Shown here: piece by piece, positions 27,987-36,365 of the stretch
Position numbering within the stretch: the stretch's first letter is position 1
Layout of the letters: each line of letters opens with the position of its first letter
IMG/VR virus record: IMGVR_UViG_3300020203_000008
Location: 1-64,000 of that record
DNA: 64,000 nt
Reading direction: 5' to 3' (one strand)
From: a virus
The notes under the pieces: model-generated
Told to the model about the DNA's origin: nothing
The model's input: only the letters and a program-made list of their open reading frames with translations
Databases searched by the model: none
Made by a program: the position numbers and the translations under genes

Positions 27987-28069
27987 GGGGGTATGGCGGA
28001 ATCGGCAGACGCGGAGGGTTTAAGCCCCTCTGGCCTAAGGCCATCCGGGTTCGAGTCCCGGTACCCCTA
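27987..28069 (+). tRNA. tRNA-Leu(TAA)
   Basis: Loop TTTAAGC, variable arm. Confidence 0.95.
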
Positions 28070-28073
28070 CTAT

Positions 28074-28147
28074 GCGGCAGTAGCCAAGTGGTTAAGGCGC
28101 GACTCTTATATAGTCGAGATTCGGTGGTTCGATCCCACCCTGCCGTA
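28074..28147 (+). tRNA. tRNA-Ile(TAT)
   Basis: CGACT-CTTATAT-AGTCG anticodon arm. Confidence 0.9.
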
Positions 28148-28198
28148 CTAGCGGATGCTGGATCCGCACGCACGACCCTTGTCTGTTATCCAGCACAC

Positions 28199-28271
28199 GC
28201 CGCAGTAGCTCAGTGATTAGAGCACCTCGTTGCCAACGAGGAAGTCGTGGGTTTGAATCCCATCTGCGGCT
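28199..28271 (+). tRNA. tRNA-Gly(GCC)
   Basis: Loop TTGCCAA, U73. Confidence 0.9.
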
Positions 28272-28500
28272 CGCTTCCTCCCATATTGCATAACCCATTT
28301 GGAGTTGCAGCGTACAAAGGTCTATCTAGCACACAAGGTGTGACGAGATCGTAACCCGATTACTTAGACTGGAATACCCTGCGTAATAGATCTCCAGTTG
28401 TCCGACAGCACCAGTCAAGTGACAGGCAGGACGACCTGCTTCACCCGTACTCGGTCATGGACCGACAGAGTGAAGCTCTCGCTTTCCCTGGGAGGAACAC

Positions 28501-28573
28501 GCCGTTCTAGCTCATCTGGTAGAGCACCACTCTTGTAAAGTGGATGTGCTGGGTTCGAGTCCCAGGGGCGGCT
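28501..28573 (+). tRNA. tRNA-Thr(TGT)
   Basis: Loop CTTGTAA. Confidence 0.95.
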
Positions 28574-28602
28574 CAATATCGTTTGGAAAAGAAATACGCT
28601 TT

Positions 28603-28679
28603 GCGGGAGTAGCTCAATTTGGTAGAGCACGAGATTTCCAATCTCGGTGTTGCGGGTTCGATCCCCGTCTCCCGTTCCA
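28603..28679 (+). tRNA. tRNA-Gly(TCC)
   Basis: Loop TTTCCAA, CCA. Confidence 0.95.
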
Positions 28680-28680
28680 C

Positions 28681-28762
28681 GGCTCTGTGGCGGAATGGCA
28701 TACGCGGCGGCTTCAAATACCGCTCCCTATCGGGGATGAGGGTTCGACTCCCTCCAGGGCTA
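28681..28762 (+). tRNA. tRNA-Leu(CAA)
   Basis: Loop TTCAAAT, variable arm. Confidence 0.9.
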
Positions 28763-28818
28763 CTAATAAAAGACTTGACTACACCGATATTAAGTATTAG
28801 TCTAGTTTGACATATCGT

Positions 28819-28892
28819 TGCGCGGTAGTGAAATAGTATCACGCCTGGTTCATGCCCAGGAGTTTCGAGTGCAATTCTCGACTGCGCCACCA
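28819..28892 (+). tRNA. tRNA-Met(CAT), initiator-like
   Basis: 1-72 mismatch, loop TTCATGC, T loop TGCAATT, CCA. Confidence 0.85.
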
Positions 28893-29006
28893 TTTGGATG
28901 CGACAGCTAGCTTTTGCGGGACGCGGGCGGGCTGGCGCTCCTTAAAGGGGGACGGGATCAGGGAACGACGGCCGCAAATATCGTTCCTCCCGTCCCCATT
29001 TCTTAC

Positions 29007-29079
29007 GGGGCTGTAGCTCAGTTGGTAGAGCGTCTGGTTGAAGCCCAGTGCGTCGGGGGTTCGATTCCCTCCGGTCCCA
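29007..29079 (+). tRNA. tRNA-Phe(GAA)
   Basis: Loop TTGAAGC. Confidence 0.95.
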
Positions 29080-29099
29080 CTCCAAACAATATGAGTAAG

Positions 29100-29445
29100 C
29101 TCTTTGCTAGCCTCTCCCTTTTGCCGGTGATGCGACTTAGGGCAGAAGCAACATCAAACCAATAGGACTCAGTTGGCAAGACTGAGCCACTAGGAGCATG
29201 CGCTCGCCCAGCCTGACTGGGAATAGCCCGCCTCAATTGGTGTGGACGCTTCGCCTCGCGCTGATGAGGCATTGACCTGAAGACCCTTGAACGATCCATG
29301 TTTAGGCAAATCGCTAGGGTTTCGTTTCCTTTTTTAGAACATGAAATATTGGTCAACCGATGTCGTTATAGTGATTGCAGCACAGGGTAATGACGCTGCG
29401 CCCGCACCTGTAGCTTAATCTCCATCGCTGGGCGAAAGCCCGGCC
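29100..29445 (+). ncRNA. Candidate large structured ncRNA B, possibly Ms1-like
   Basis: ~350 nt without a credible ORF between two tRNAs; multiple hairpins; motif shared with ncRNA A. Confidence 0.45.
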
Positions 29446-29447
29446 TA

Positions 29448-29531
29448 GGACGGATGGCGTAATTGGCAGCCGCGCTAGCTTGAGGGGCTAGTGACCGAAA
29501 GGTCGTGGGGGTTCGAATCCCCCTCCGTCTA
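29448..29531 (+). tRNA. tRNA-Leu(GAG)
   Basis: Loop TTGAGGG, variable arm. Confidence 0.95.
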
Positions 29532-29534
29532 CTC

Positions 29535-29804
29535 ATGAAGGTATGGATTGATCAATTACTATGCACTGGCGATGGACTATGTGTTGAGATAGCTCCTGCC
29601 GTGTTCTTCATGAATGATGATGGCTTGGCTTATGTGCGTGAAGATGGCGCATACTTTGAGACCACGCTAGAATATGATGAAGATGGAACTCCTCATTTCA
29701 AGATGGGTCGCGGACTGGCTCGCGTTCCCGATGAACTTCTTGAAGCTACCATCGAAGCCGCCGAGGAGTGTCCCGGCGAGTGCATCTTCATCGAGGGTGA
29801 TTAA
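29535..29804 (+). CDS. Ferredoxin (3Fe-4S type)
   Basis: MKVWIDQLLCTGDGLCVEIAPAVF...AAEECPGECIFIE. Confidence 0.9.
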   Translation: MKVWIDQLLCTGDGLCVEIAPAVFFMNDDGLAYVREDGAYFETTLEYDEDGTPHFKMGRGLARVPDELLEATIEAAEECPGECIFIEGD

Positions 29805-29905
29805 TGCCCAATTTTAAGGACACTTTCCTCACTGATCCTTCGAAGCAAATTCAGGGATGGCGTCGTAAAGGTATGATTTCTTTCGATGACAATGATTGAA
29901 TTCTT

Positions 29906-29981
29906 GCCCACATAGCTCAGTCCGGACTAGAGCAACGGCCTACGAAGCCGTGTGTCGGGGGTTCAAATCCCTCTGTGGGTA
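29906..29981 (+). tRNA. tRNA-Arg(ACG)
   Basis: Loop CTACGAA. Confidence 0.95.
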
Positions 29982-30082
29982 CTTTGGGGAGGCATGCAAC
30001 TGGGCATGCAGCTAGGATTCGCTACCTTAGCCATTTGAGTACCAGAGCATGCCTCCCCTGTTACTATGTCGTAGGAGGAAAA

Positions 30083-30388
30083 ATGACAGACCGTTCAAAG
30101 TGGCGTCCAGGTCGTAATCTTGCAACTGGCAACGAGTGGAGTCGTGATCCACAGCGCATCGAGGTGGTAATCTCTAAACTTAGGAAAACATGGCATGCCT
30201 ATCCTCAATTCAGGTTGGGTCAGCTACTTGTGAATGCTCTCGGAGATAACGCTTTCTACGTTGAGGATGATGAGGCTGCGGATAGATTGGACCAACTCTT
30301 TGGTGAGCTGAACCAGATTGTTACCGGGAAACTCTTTGAGGAATTGATTGAGGAATTGGATGAAATTTCCGACAGCAAGCAGGTATGA
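30083..30388 (+). CDS. DUF1040-like small protein
   Basis: RDPQRI...W...PQFRLGQLL...FYVEDD; AGGAGG RBS. Confidence 0.65.
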   Translation: MTDRSKWRPGRNLATGNEWSRDPQRIEVVISKLRKTWHAYPQFRLGQLLVNALGDNAFYVEDDEAADRLDQLFGELNQIVTGKLFEELIEELDEISDSKQV

Positions 30389-30561
30389 GGGTTATAACCC
30401 TGACGACAAGGACTACAAGCGTCTTCGTCTTGCTTTCATGACGGCTTGCTGTAATGCTGGTCGTCGTGACATGGGTCTAGACCCCGTAGCTGCCGTAGAG
30501 ATGGATGGCGACAAGAAGGGGCGCACGCAACGCCCTTTACGTCAAATGAAAAAATAATCTA

Positions 30562-30637
30562 CCGGGTGTAGCTCAGTTTGGTCCAGAGCGCTGCGTTTGG
30601 GACGCAGAAGTCGGGGGTTCGAATCCCTCTACCCGGA
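30562..30637 (+). tRNA. tRNA-Pro(TGG)
   Basis: Loop TTTGGGA, C1-G72. Confidence 0.95.
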
Positions 30638-30639
30638 CT

Positions 30640-31173
30640 ATGAAGTATTTCAAGAAAGATAAGAAGGGAAGAAACGTCTTCCACATGAGCGAGAAGCAGA
30701 AAGCATTGTTGAATGCTGACCTTTCCGTCATAAGGGCAAGGACCTGGAAGAAAGCTCTCAAGCAGTACCTAGAAGACCCGAAGGATTTCTACCGCGCTTG
30801 GAGATTCTGTACTGAGCACCCCGCTAACCAGCGGATTCTCAATAAAAAATGGATTGAATCCTGGTGGGAGCAGAACCACTCCCTGATGATCATGAAGGTT
30901 AACTCGGAAACGAAGCGCGTCGAGGACAACAAGCCGAACACAGAAACGAACATTTGGATCGAATGGGGTCCCTACATGGAGTCTTCAGAACTTCAGGAGC
31001 ACGAACGAGAGTTCCTGCCTCAGGGTATTAGTTCCCACGAACACCGTGTCGATACGGGTGGCAAGACTTTTGAGGAAGCAATCGTCAACATAGCTCACAA
31101 CATCTGGATGCTGTACCGCGACCAGAAGTCTGTATCCAATGATGCAGAACTGAAGAAGAAGGATCGCTGGTGA
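30640..31173 (+). CDS. Hypothetical protein
   Basis: 177-aa ORF starting 3 nt after tRNA-Pro. Confidence 0.6.
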   Translation: MKYFKKDKKGRNVFHMSEKQKALLNADLSVIRARTWKKALKQYLEDPKDFYRAWRFCTEHPANQRILNKKWIESWWEQNHSLMIMKVNSETKRVEDNKPNTETNIWIEWGPYMESSELQEHEREFLPQGISSHEHRVDTGGKTFEEAIVNIAHNIWMLYRDQKSVSNDAELKKKDRW

Positions 31174-31353
31174 ATCATTCTCTGAAACAGTTTGGCTGGT
31201 TCATCCGTTCTCTCGATGAGAACGGCAATCCTTGGGGTGACTGGCGTTGGCAGATTGACGAACCTCGGGCTAATCCTTCATTCGCAGAATGGCGTCCTGC
31301 CTTCGTGGGCGAAGAAGTACCTGATCGGCTAATCCACGTCACGGATTCCTAAA

Positions 31354-31683
31354 ATGGAATACAGCAAATGGAAGTTCAGCTTCAAGGAAGGCGTATGGGG
31401 CCACGTCACCAGTCCACCCTCTGGCCGTTGGCTGGTGTGGGATGCTCCATGGACTGAGGATGTGCGTGCATACGGTTGCCCACAGAGATTCAAATACTTT
31501 GGAAAGAAGTGGCACTGGTCAATCGGGGCTAAGACACAATGTTATGACTGGAAACGCTCTGTTTGGAGTCGCGAATGGAAGCGATTCGTTGTCTCCCCCG
31601 CCAATCACAAAGAGCGTTTCATTAAGAAGTACGGTAAGGAAGCCCGATATGATTGGGAAACTGGTACAATCCTGCCTTCGTAG
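31354..31683 (+). CDS. Hypothetical Trp-rich protein
   Basis: Stop codon lies inside tRNA-Arg(CCT). Confidence 0.55.
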   Translation: MEYSKWKFSFKEGVWGHVTSPPSGRWLVWDAPWTEDVRAYGCPQRFKYFGKKWHWSIGAKTQCYDWKRSVWSREWKRFVVSPANHKERFIKKYGKEARYDWETGTILPS

Positions 31684-31746
31684 CTCAGTGGACAGAGCGG
31701 AACGGTCCTAACGTTCAAGTCGTAGGTTCGATTCCTACCGGGGGCA
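31674..31746 (+). tRNA. tRNA-Arg(CCT)
   Basis: Loop GTCCTAA. Confidence 0.9.
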
Positions 31747-31747
31747 C

Positions 31748-32146
31748 ATGGCTAGAAACGGATATTATAAAGTCTCGTCAAATCGAGACAAATGGGAAGT
31801 CATGAGATCCAACACCGAACGGGACTGTTGGGGTACTGACATCCAGCTTAATGCGAGGGAGTCCCTTAATACGAGGGCTCCACTCTGTACGGGTAAGGTC
31901 GAACCGGGTTCCCTCTATGTTAGGCGACCTGACTCACGAATCCAACGTGCGGGCAATCCGACACCTTACGACTGGTGTGTCTGCATGTGGTGTGCAACCC
32001 ACTATCATAGTGACATCCTCGAAGGGGACTTCCTGGAATGGATTGCCCTCTCGCAGGAAGAAATAGAACTCACTAAAGAACGTGCTCAAAATACCGTAAA
32101 GGAACTGGTTAATCTTGGGGTGCCAGGCGGGGCCTGGTCAATCTAG
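31748..32146 (+). CDS. Hypothetical Cys-containing protein
   Basis: ORF directly after a tRNA. Confidence 0.55.
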   Translation: MARNGYYKVSSNRDKWEVMRSNTERDCWGTDIQLNARESLNTRAPLCTGKVEPGSLYVRRPDSRIQRAGNPTPYDWCVCMWCATHYHSDILEGDFLEWIALSQEEIELTKERAQNTVKELVNLGVPGGAWSI

Positions 32147-32150
32147 TGTA

Positions 32151-32390
32151 ATGCTAGATAAGCACGGCGAGAGAAGATACATTCGCTTTGACGAGTATGA
32201 ATATTATGAACTTGGCAAGTGTCGTCGCTGTAGTTTGGAAGTAGACGTACTTAATCTTGACGTTGAGATCGAAGCTGCTTACATGATCTGCGATAGCTGT
32301 GTTGACGAAATCGAAGTTGCAGATAATGTTAAGGACATTCAGGACTTCTGGGCGTTTAGAGCTGAACTAAAAAACCGTTATTCTAGGTAG
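32151..32390 (+). CDS. Small Zn-finger-like protein
   Basis: CRRC...CDSC; stop inside tRNA-Ser. Confidence 0.55.
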   Translation: MLDKHGERRYIRFDEYEYYELGKCRRCSLEVDVLNLDVEIEAAYMICDSCVDEIEVADNVKDIQDFWAFRAELKNRYSR

Positions 32391-32468
32391 GTCCGGCATT
32401 GGAGCGCCAAGCAGTTTCGAAAACTGTGGACCGTAATAGGTCTGGGGGTTCGATTCCCTCCCCTACCG
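32386..32468 (+). tRNA. tRNA-Ser(CGA)
   Basis: Loop TTCGAAA, variable arm, G73; unusual D arm. Confidence 0.85.
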
Positions 32469-32526
32469 CTCGATGGTCGTTATAATGACCATGAAACCCC
32501 TTTAGAGAAAGTATATTTTCCATCCG

Positions 32527-32609
32527 GGAAGCTGCCAGGGAATGGTCCCTAACCAGGTTTGAACCCTGGGGTACGGTAAAACGTAGGCGTTCGATCCGTC
32601 CAGTTTCCG
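32527..32609 (+). tRNA. tRNA-Ser(TGA), apparent 8/4 cloverleaf
   Basis: 8-bp acceptor GGAAGCTG/CAGTTTCC, 4-bp T stem GGCG/CGTC, loop TTTGAAC, G73. Confidence 0.85.
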
Positions 32610-32662
32610 CTTCTGACTTCTGCTTTATTACGCAATATGCAAGGATATGATAAACTTTATAA

Positions 32663-33469
32663 ATGGCGTTGACTGTCGGTTCACTGTTCTCGGGCATCGG
32701 TGGTATTGATCTTGGGCTTGAGCGAGCCGGTATGGAAGTCAAATGGCAATCTGAGATTGATGCTTACTGCTCCAAGGTCTTAGCCAAGAAATGGCCTGAG
32801 GTTACCAATTATGGGGATATCACACAGATTGATTGGAGCGAAGTAGAAAATGTCGATGTCATCTGCGGGGGATTCCCCTGTCAGCCATTCAGCGTCGCGG
32901 GGAAGAAACTCGGAACCGCCGATAAACGGTGGCTCTGGCCAGAATTTCATAATGCCATTTGCGAGTTACGACCAAGGTTCGTCCTCGTGGAAAACGTTCC
33001 GGGCCTCCTTATGGGGGGAGGAATCAATACCGTTCTCGGGGACTTGGCCGAAGTCGGGTACGATGCTGAATGGGAAACTATTCCAGCGGCAGCCTTTGGT
33101 GCCCCGCACCTCCGTTACCGGATCTTCCTCCTTGCCTACTCCCAGCGCAACGAGTTACGGATCAAATCAGGGCGGAGCGATGGGGAGGACAGGACCGGTA
33201 CGTATGAGCCTGAATACGATGGCCAGCAAGGGTCTATGGCCGACTCCGATAGCTCGGGATTCTCGGTCTTTCAAGGGCGCTATGCGGTCGAAGAACTCAG
33301 AAGGATCCGAGCCTCTTATAATAATGGTTGGTGGGCCGTTGAACCCGACGTGGGTCGAGTGGCTCATGGGGTTCCCAAGCGGGTGGACCGACTTAAAAGC
33401 CTCGGAAACGCCGTAGTTCCTCAAATGGCTGAATGGGTTGGCCGCTGCGTAGTGAAAGCGTTTGGGTAG
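32663..33469 (+). CDS. dcm: DNA cytosine-5 methyltransferase (alpha chain)
   Basis: SLFSGIGG, GGFPCQ, ENV, RYR and LGNAV (motifs I, IV, VI, VIII, X). Confidence 0.92.
   Translation: MALTVGSLFSGIGGIDLGLERAGMEVKWQSEIDAYCSKVLAKKWPEVTNYGDITQIDWSEVENVDVICGGFPCQPFSVAGKKLGTADKRWLWPEFHNAICELRPRFVLVENVPGLLMGGGINTVLGDLAEVGYDAEWETIPAAAFGAPHLRYRIFLLAYSQRNELRIKSGRSDGEDRTGTYEPEYDGQQGSMADSDSSGFSVFQGRYAVEELRRIRASYNNGWWAVEPDVGRVAHGVPKRVDRLKSLGNAVVPQMAEWVGRCVVKAFG
32850..33416 (+). CDS. Overlapping alternative-frame MTase beta chain carrying motif IX (start uncertain)
   Basis: Nested ORF with LPTP/WPTP repeats, ending LNPTWVEWLMGFPSGWT. Confidence 0.75.
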   Translation: MSMSSAGDSPVSHSASRGRNSEPPINGGSGQNFIMPFASYDQGSSSWKTFRASLWGEESIPFSGTWPKSGTMLNGKLFQRQPLVPRTSVTGSSSLPTPSATSYGSNQGGAMGRTGPVRMSLNTMASKGLWPTPIARDSRSFKGAMRSKNSEGSEPLIIMVGGPLNPTWVEWLMGFPSGWTDLKASETP

Positions 33470-33546
33470 ATATCCGAATGGTTAGGAACCTCATTGGAAA
33501 TGAGGCGCGGTGAAAACCGTTGCGGGTTCGATCCCCGTGTCTACCG
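33465..33546 (+). tRNA. tRNA-Ser(GGA)
   Basis: Loop TTGGAAA, variable arm, G73. Confidence 0.9.
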
Positions 33547-33566
33547 CTTGAGTGCTATAATGTTAA

Positions 33567-33845
33567 ATGCCTTATATTAAGAATTATCCGAAGAGGGAAA
33601 AGTTTGAGCAGTGGCTCGCTATCCTTCCATATGTCGAGTCCAAGGGTGAACTCACGTATCTGATAGATATGCTAATGATCAGATACATTCGAGACAATCC
33701 TGAGGGTCTTCGCTATCAAACTTCCTCGGATGCGATGGCAGCCTGTCGGGATGCCGAGTCTGAATGGCAGCAGCAGGTTCATCGACCCTATGAGGATTCG
33801 AAGATCACAGAAGAGACCGATCTGCCTTGGCCAAAATTCGGTTGA
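33567..33845 (+). CDS. Conserved phage hypothetical protein
   Basis: MPYIK...GELTY...PYEDSKI pattern. Confidence 0.7.
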   Translation: MPYIKNYPKREKFEQWLAILPYVESKGELTYLIDMLMIRYIRDNPEGLRYQTSSDAMAACRDAESEWQQQVHRPYEDSKITEETDLPWPKFG

Positions 33846-33940
33846 CGGTCAACGACTGATCACATAGAGTTGCCATTGAAGGCAGGAGGAAGCGGACTTG
33901 GTAATTGCCATTGACCTGCGGGGCCTCCTGCCTTCATTAT

Positions 33941-34015
33941 GCCTCCGTAGTGCTAATGGCAACACGATTCTTTCGTAAAGAATAATCCGAGGTTCGACTC
34001 CTCGCGGGGGCTCCA
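33941..34015 (+). tRNA. tRNA-Thr(CGT)
   Basis: Loop TTCGTAA; terminal A of CCA is the A of the next ATG. Confidence 0.95.
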
Positions 34016-34410
34016 TGGAACCAACGCCTGTATCTTCTTCTGCCCTAAACCCTCAGGATTTCGAGATACGTAAGAGTGATAATTCATTCGCATTGGACCG
34101 TAAATCCTATACTAGGGTTATTTACCGGCCTACAAATAAGATGCTCTTAGAGTTCATAGGCGACAAGAAGGTCGTTGTGTGTTACTCGGTACTGAACGGG
34201 GATAAGATTGCCATTGAACGGTATAGCACCATTCTCTGGAGTAGGACTCAACCTGACAAAATTAAGGAAGAAGTTCTACGGCTCGTTGCGACCTTTCTAA
34301 TCTGTCCTTATTGTCATAAAAATTGGGGACCGATCTGCAACATCTGTGCTGACGAGAAAGCCGATGAAGTCGTTCGTACATACTTACAGTTGAAGAGAGG
34401 TTTCAGATGA
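34015..34410 (+). CDS. Hypothetical protein with C-terminal Zn finger
   Basis: CPYC...CNIC. Confidence 0.55.
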   Translation: MEPTPVSSSALNPQDFEIRKSDNSFALDRKSYTRVIYRPTNKMLLEFIGDKKVVVCYSVLNGDKIAIERYSTILWSRTQPDKIKEEVLRLVATFLICPYCHKNWGPICNICADEKADEVVRTYLQLKRGFR

Positions 34411-34661
34411 TGCCTGACACAACGAACCCAGAACTTCAACAATTAATCTCCGGGCTCATGGCAGCCCAAAGGGGCCAATACTTTCCTCGAACGAGTGAAC
34501 GGAATTGGCCGGTAGCTGAGGACAAGATCAAATCCCTGGAGCTTAAGGTAGCGAAACTGGAATTTCTGATTGCTAAACTGATGGAAGGTTCGATCGATCC
34601 AGAAACCATTGAGGCTACCCGTGAGGGATGGTACCTAGTCCAGATTGTCGGTGAGACTTAA
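34407..34661 (+). CDS. Hypothetical protein
   Basis: ATGA overlap. Confidence 0.55.
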   Translation: MMPDTTNPELQQLISGLMAAQRGQYFPRTSERNWPVAEDKIKSLELKVAKLEFLIAKLMEGSIDPETIEATREGWYLVQIVGET

Positions 34662-34977
34662 GTCACTGAGAAACTTCAGTGTTGGCATGTTTAGGACGAT
34701 TACTGGTGTGGTAAAGTGGTCATCAAGCTTCCACCCCCAAGTTCTGGGTTTGGTGGAGAGACAGAAGCTGGGCGGGCAGATCCCCGCCCAGCAGTCTCAT
34801 TTTTGGGCTGGGAATTTTCGTTGCGACCAGAGTGAGACGCGATTCTGCATTCGGCTGAGCTTCACAGTCACTGCACACAGCGGACCTAATAGCAGCTTTC
34901 TTACTGCTCGTGCCTGCCAAGGACGTTGGAATGCGTACTCAGTCTGTTTGGCTTGCTCGCCGTAGGTGTGGACATCG

Positions 34978-35220
34978 CTACTCATTTGGTCCCCGTACTA
35001 TTCTGTAGCCGTTCTCAACCATCCACAGCGATAGCAGTTTGAGAGTGGCGTGGACTACGGACTGGTCATGGGCTCCAGATAGCTCTGGCTCCCCCAGGAT
35101 TGCCAGCACAGCTTCTTGTGGGATGATCTGATCTAGTTGTGCCACTTTATCCGCTCCTCCGTTCCAGGCGGGCTGCATCTTCTTTACGAGCATATGTAAG
35201 ATAGGATGATTCGACATCAT
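34978..35220 (-). CDS. Hypothetical protein
   Basis: Part of the minus-strand operon. Confidence 0.55.
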   Translation of the reverse strand: MMSNHPILHMLVKKMQPAWNGGADKVAQLDQIIPQEAVLAILGEPELSGAHDQSVVHATLKLLSLWMVENGYRIVRGPNE

Positions 35221-35240
35221 CCCTTTGCCTCTAGATCCGT

Positions 35241-35486
35241 CTAGCATGAAAACTCTTTAGGATCCTTGATGCAGTAGATCCCGACGTTGTTCTTCTTCGC
35301 TTTGATCTTCTTGATACGGCCCTCTTGGGAGAGATCGGTCATCGCTAAGCTCATGGTCGCATTCGTAACCCGGAACTCATGGGCTACTTCCGTTTGGTAA
35401 ACTTCAGTTAAATGCTGATGTGAGTCTTTAGCCCTACGCCAGAGGTACTCGTGCAGGATCTCCCGATCTAGCTTGCGACCCTGCAT
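35241..35486 (-). CDS. Winged-helix DNA-binding protein
   Basis: YQTEVAHEFRVTNATMSLAMTDLSQEGRIKK wHTH pattern. Confidence 0.7.
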   Translation of the reverse strand: MQGRKLDREILHEYLWRRAKDSHQHLTEVYQTEVAHEFRVTNATMSLAMTDLSQEGRIKKIKAKKNNVGIYCIKDPKEFSC

Positions 35487-36094
35487 TAGAACGGTTGCCT
35501 TGTTGCTCTGAACTGATCGTGGTCTCTTGTCCAGGCATCTCGTTCTTGTTCTGACATATTACGAAGCCTCTTGCGGTTCTTGATCGTCATAATTGCCCAT
35601 TCGTCAGCGCACCTGTCGCAAACAAAGTGCCCATCCGGAATCCCTTCTTCTAGAATGGGACTTGCTTGAAAACGTGGAACGCTATAATCACAGAACTTAC
35701 ATTCCCGCCATCTAGGACTTTTCCTGCATGGATCGCAAATGTATGCCCAGATTCCACGTTGGTTTGGGTAAGCAGGATGTAGACGTGTGAGTACTTCTTC
35801 TTTGCAGTCGAGACAGATGATTTTAGGTTTTTTGGCCCAAAGATTGGGCTCATCGAAGTAGTTGTGGAAACAAGCCATATGAAAGTATTGGCGCATGGTG
35901 AATATCTGCCCACCTTTTTTAGGCTTTATAGTTCTGCCTGTTCCATACATGACAACCATCCGACGCTCACCTTTTATGATTCGGTGATGACAGATGCTGC
36001 ACGAACACATTCTTCGAACGTCGTCAGAAAAGATTGTGAAACTAGCATGAGGTAGTGGCAGGGCTCTGATGTTCCAATGACGAGGTTTATGCAC
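35486..36094 (-). CDS. Multi-Zn-finger protein
   Basis: Five CxxC pairs plus HxxC. Confidence 0.65.
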   Translation of the reverse strand: MHKPRHWNIRALPLPHASFTIFSDDVRRMCSCSICHHRIIKGERRMVVMYGTGRTIKPKKGGQIFTMRQYFHMACFHNYFDEPNLWAKKPKIICLDCKEEVLTRLHPAYPNQRGIWAYICDPCRKSPRWRECKFCDYSVPRFQASPILEEGIPDGHFVCDRCADEWAIMTIKNRKRLRNMSEQERDAWTRDHDQFRATRQPF

Positions 36095-36365
36095 GGTTCA
36101 TCCTGTTCTTAAAAGCGGGGGCTGCGAGAAAGGCTACGGCTTTTTTCGAAGGGACTTTCACTTCTTCACGAGTTTTAGGATTTACCCGAACTACTTCTTG
36201 GCGTTGTCGAGGTACGAATCTTCCGAAGTTGGGGATAGTGACCGATTCACCACAGGCCAGGCTCAGTTGGATCGTCGCCAGGATCGTGTCCAGGATCTCC
36301 TCCACTTTCGGATTCGCTATTCCGGTTGCGTCTACGGCTACCTGGATAAGGTCTGAGCGATTCAT
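36087..36365 (-). CDS. hup: HU/IHF-family histone-like protein
   Basis: MNRSDLI...GESVTIPNFGRF...RVNPKTREEVKVP...F. Confidence 0.92.
   Translation of the reverse strand: MNRSDLIQVAVDATGIANPKVEEILDTILATIQLSLACGESVTIPNFGRFVPRQRQEVVRVNPKTREEVKVPSKKAVAFLAAPAFKNRMNRA

Noticed and set aside
23021-29356. Many short ORFs on both strands over the tRNA array
   Set aside because: They are translations of tRNA or tmRNA sequence.
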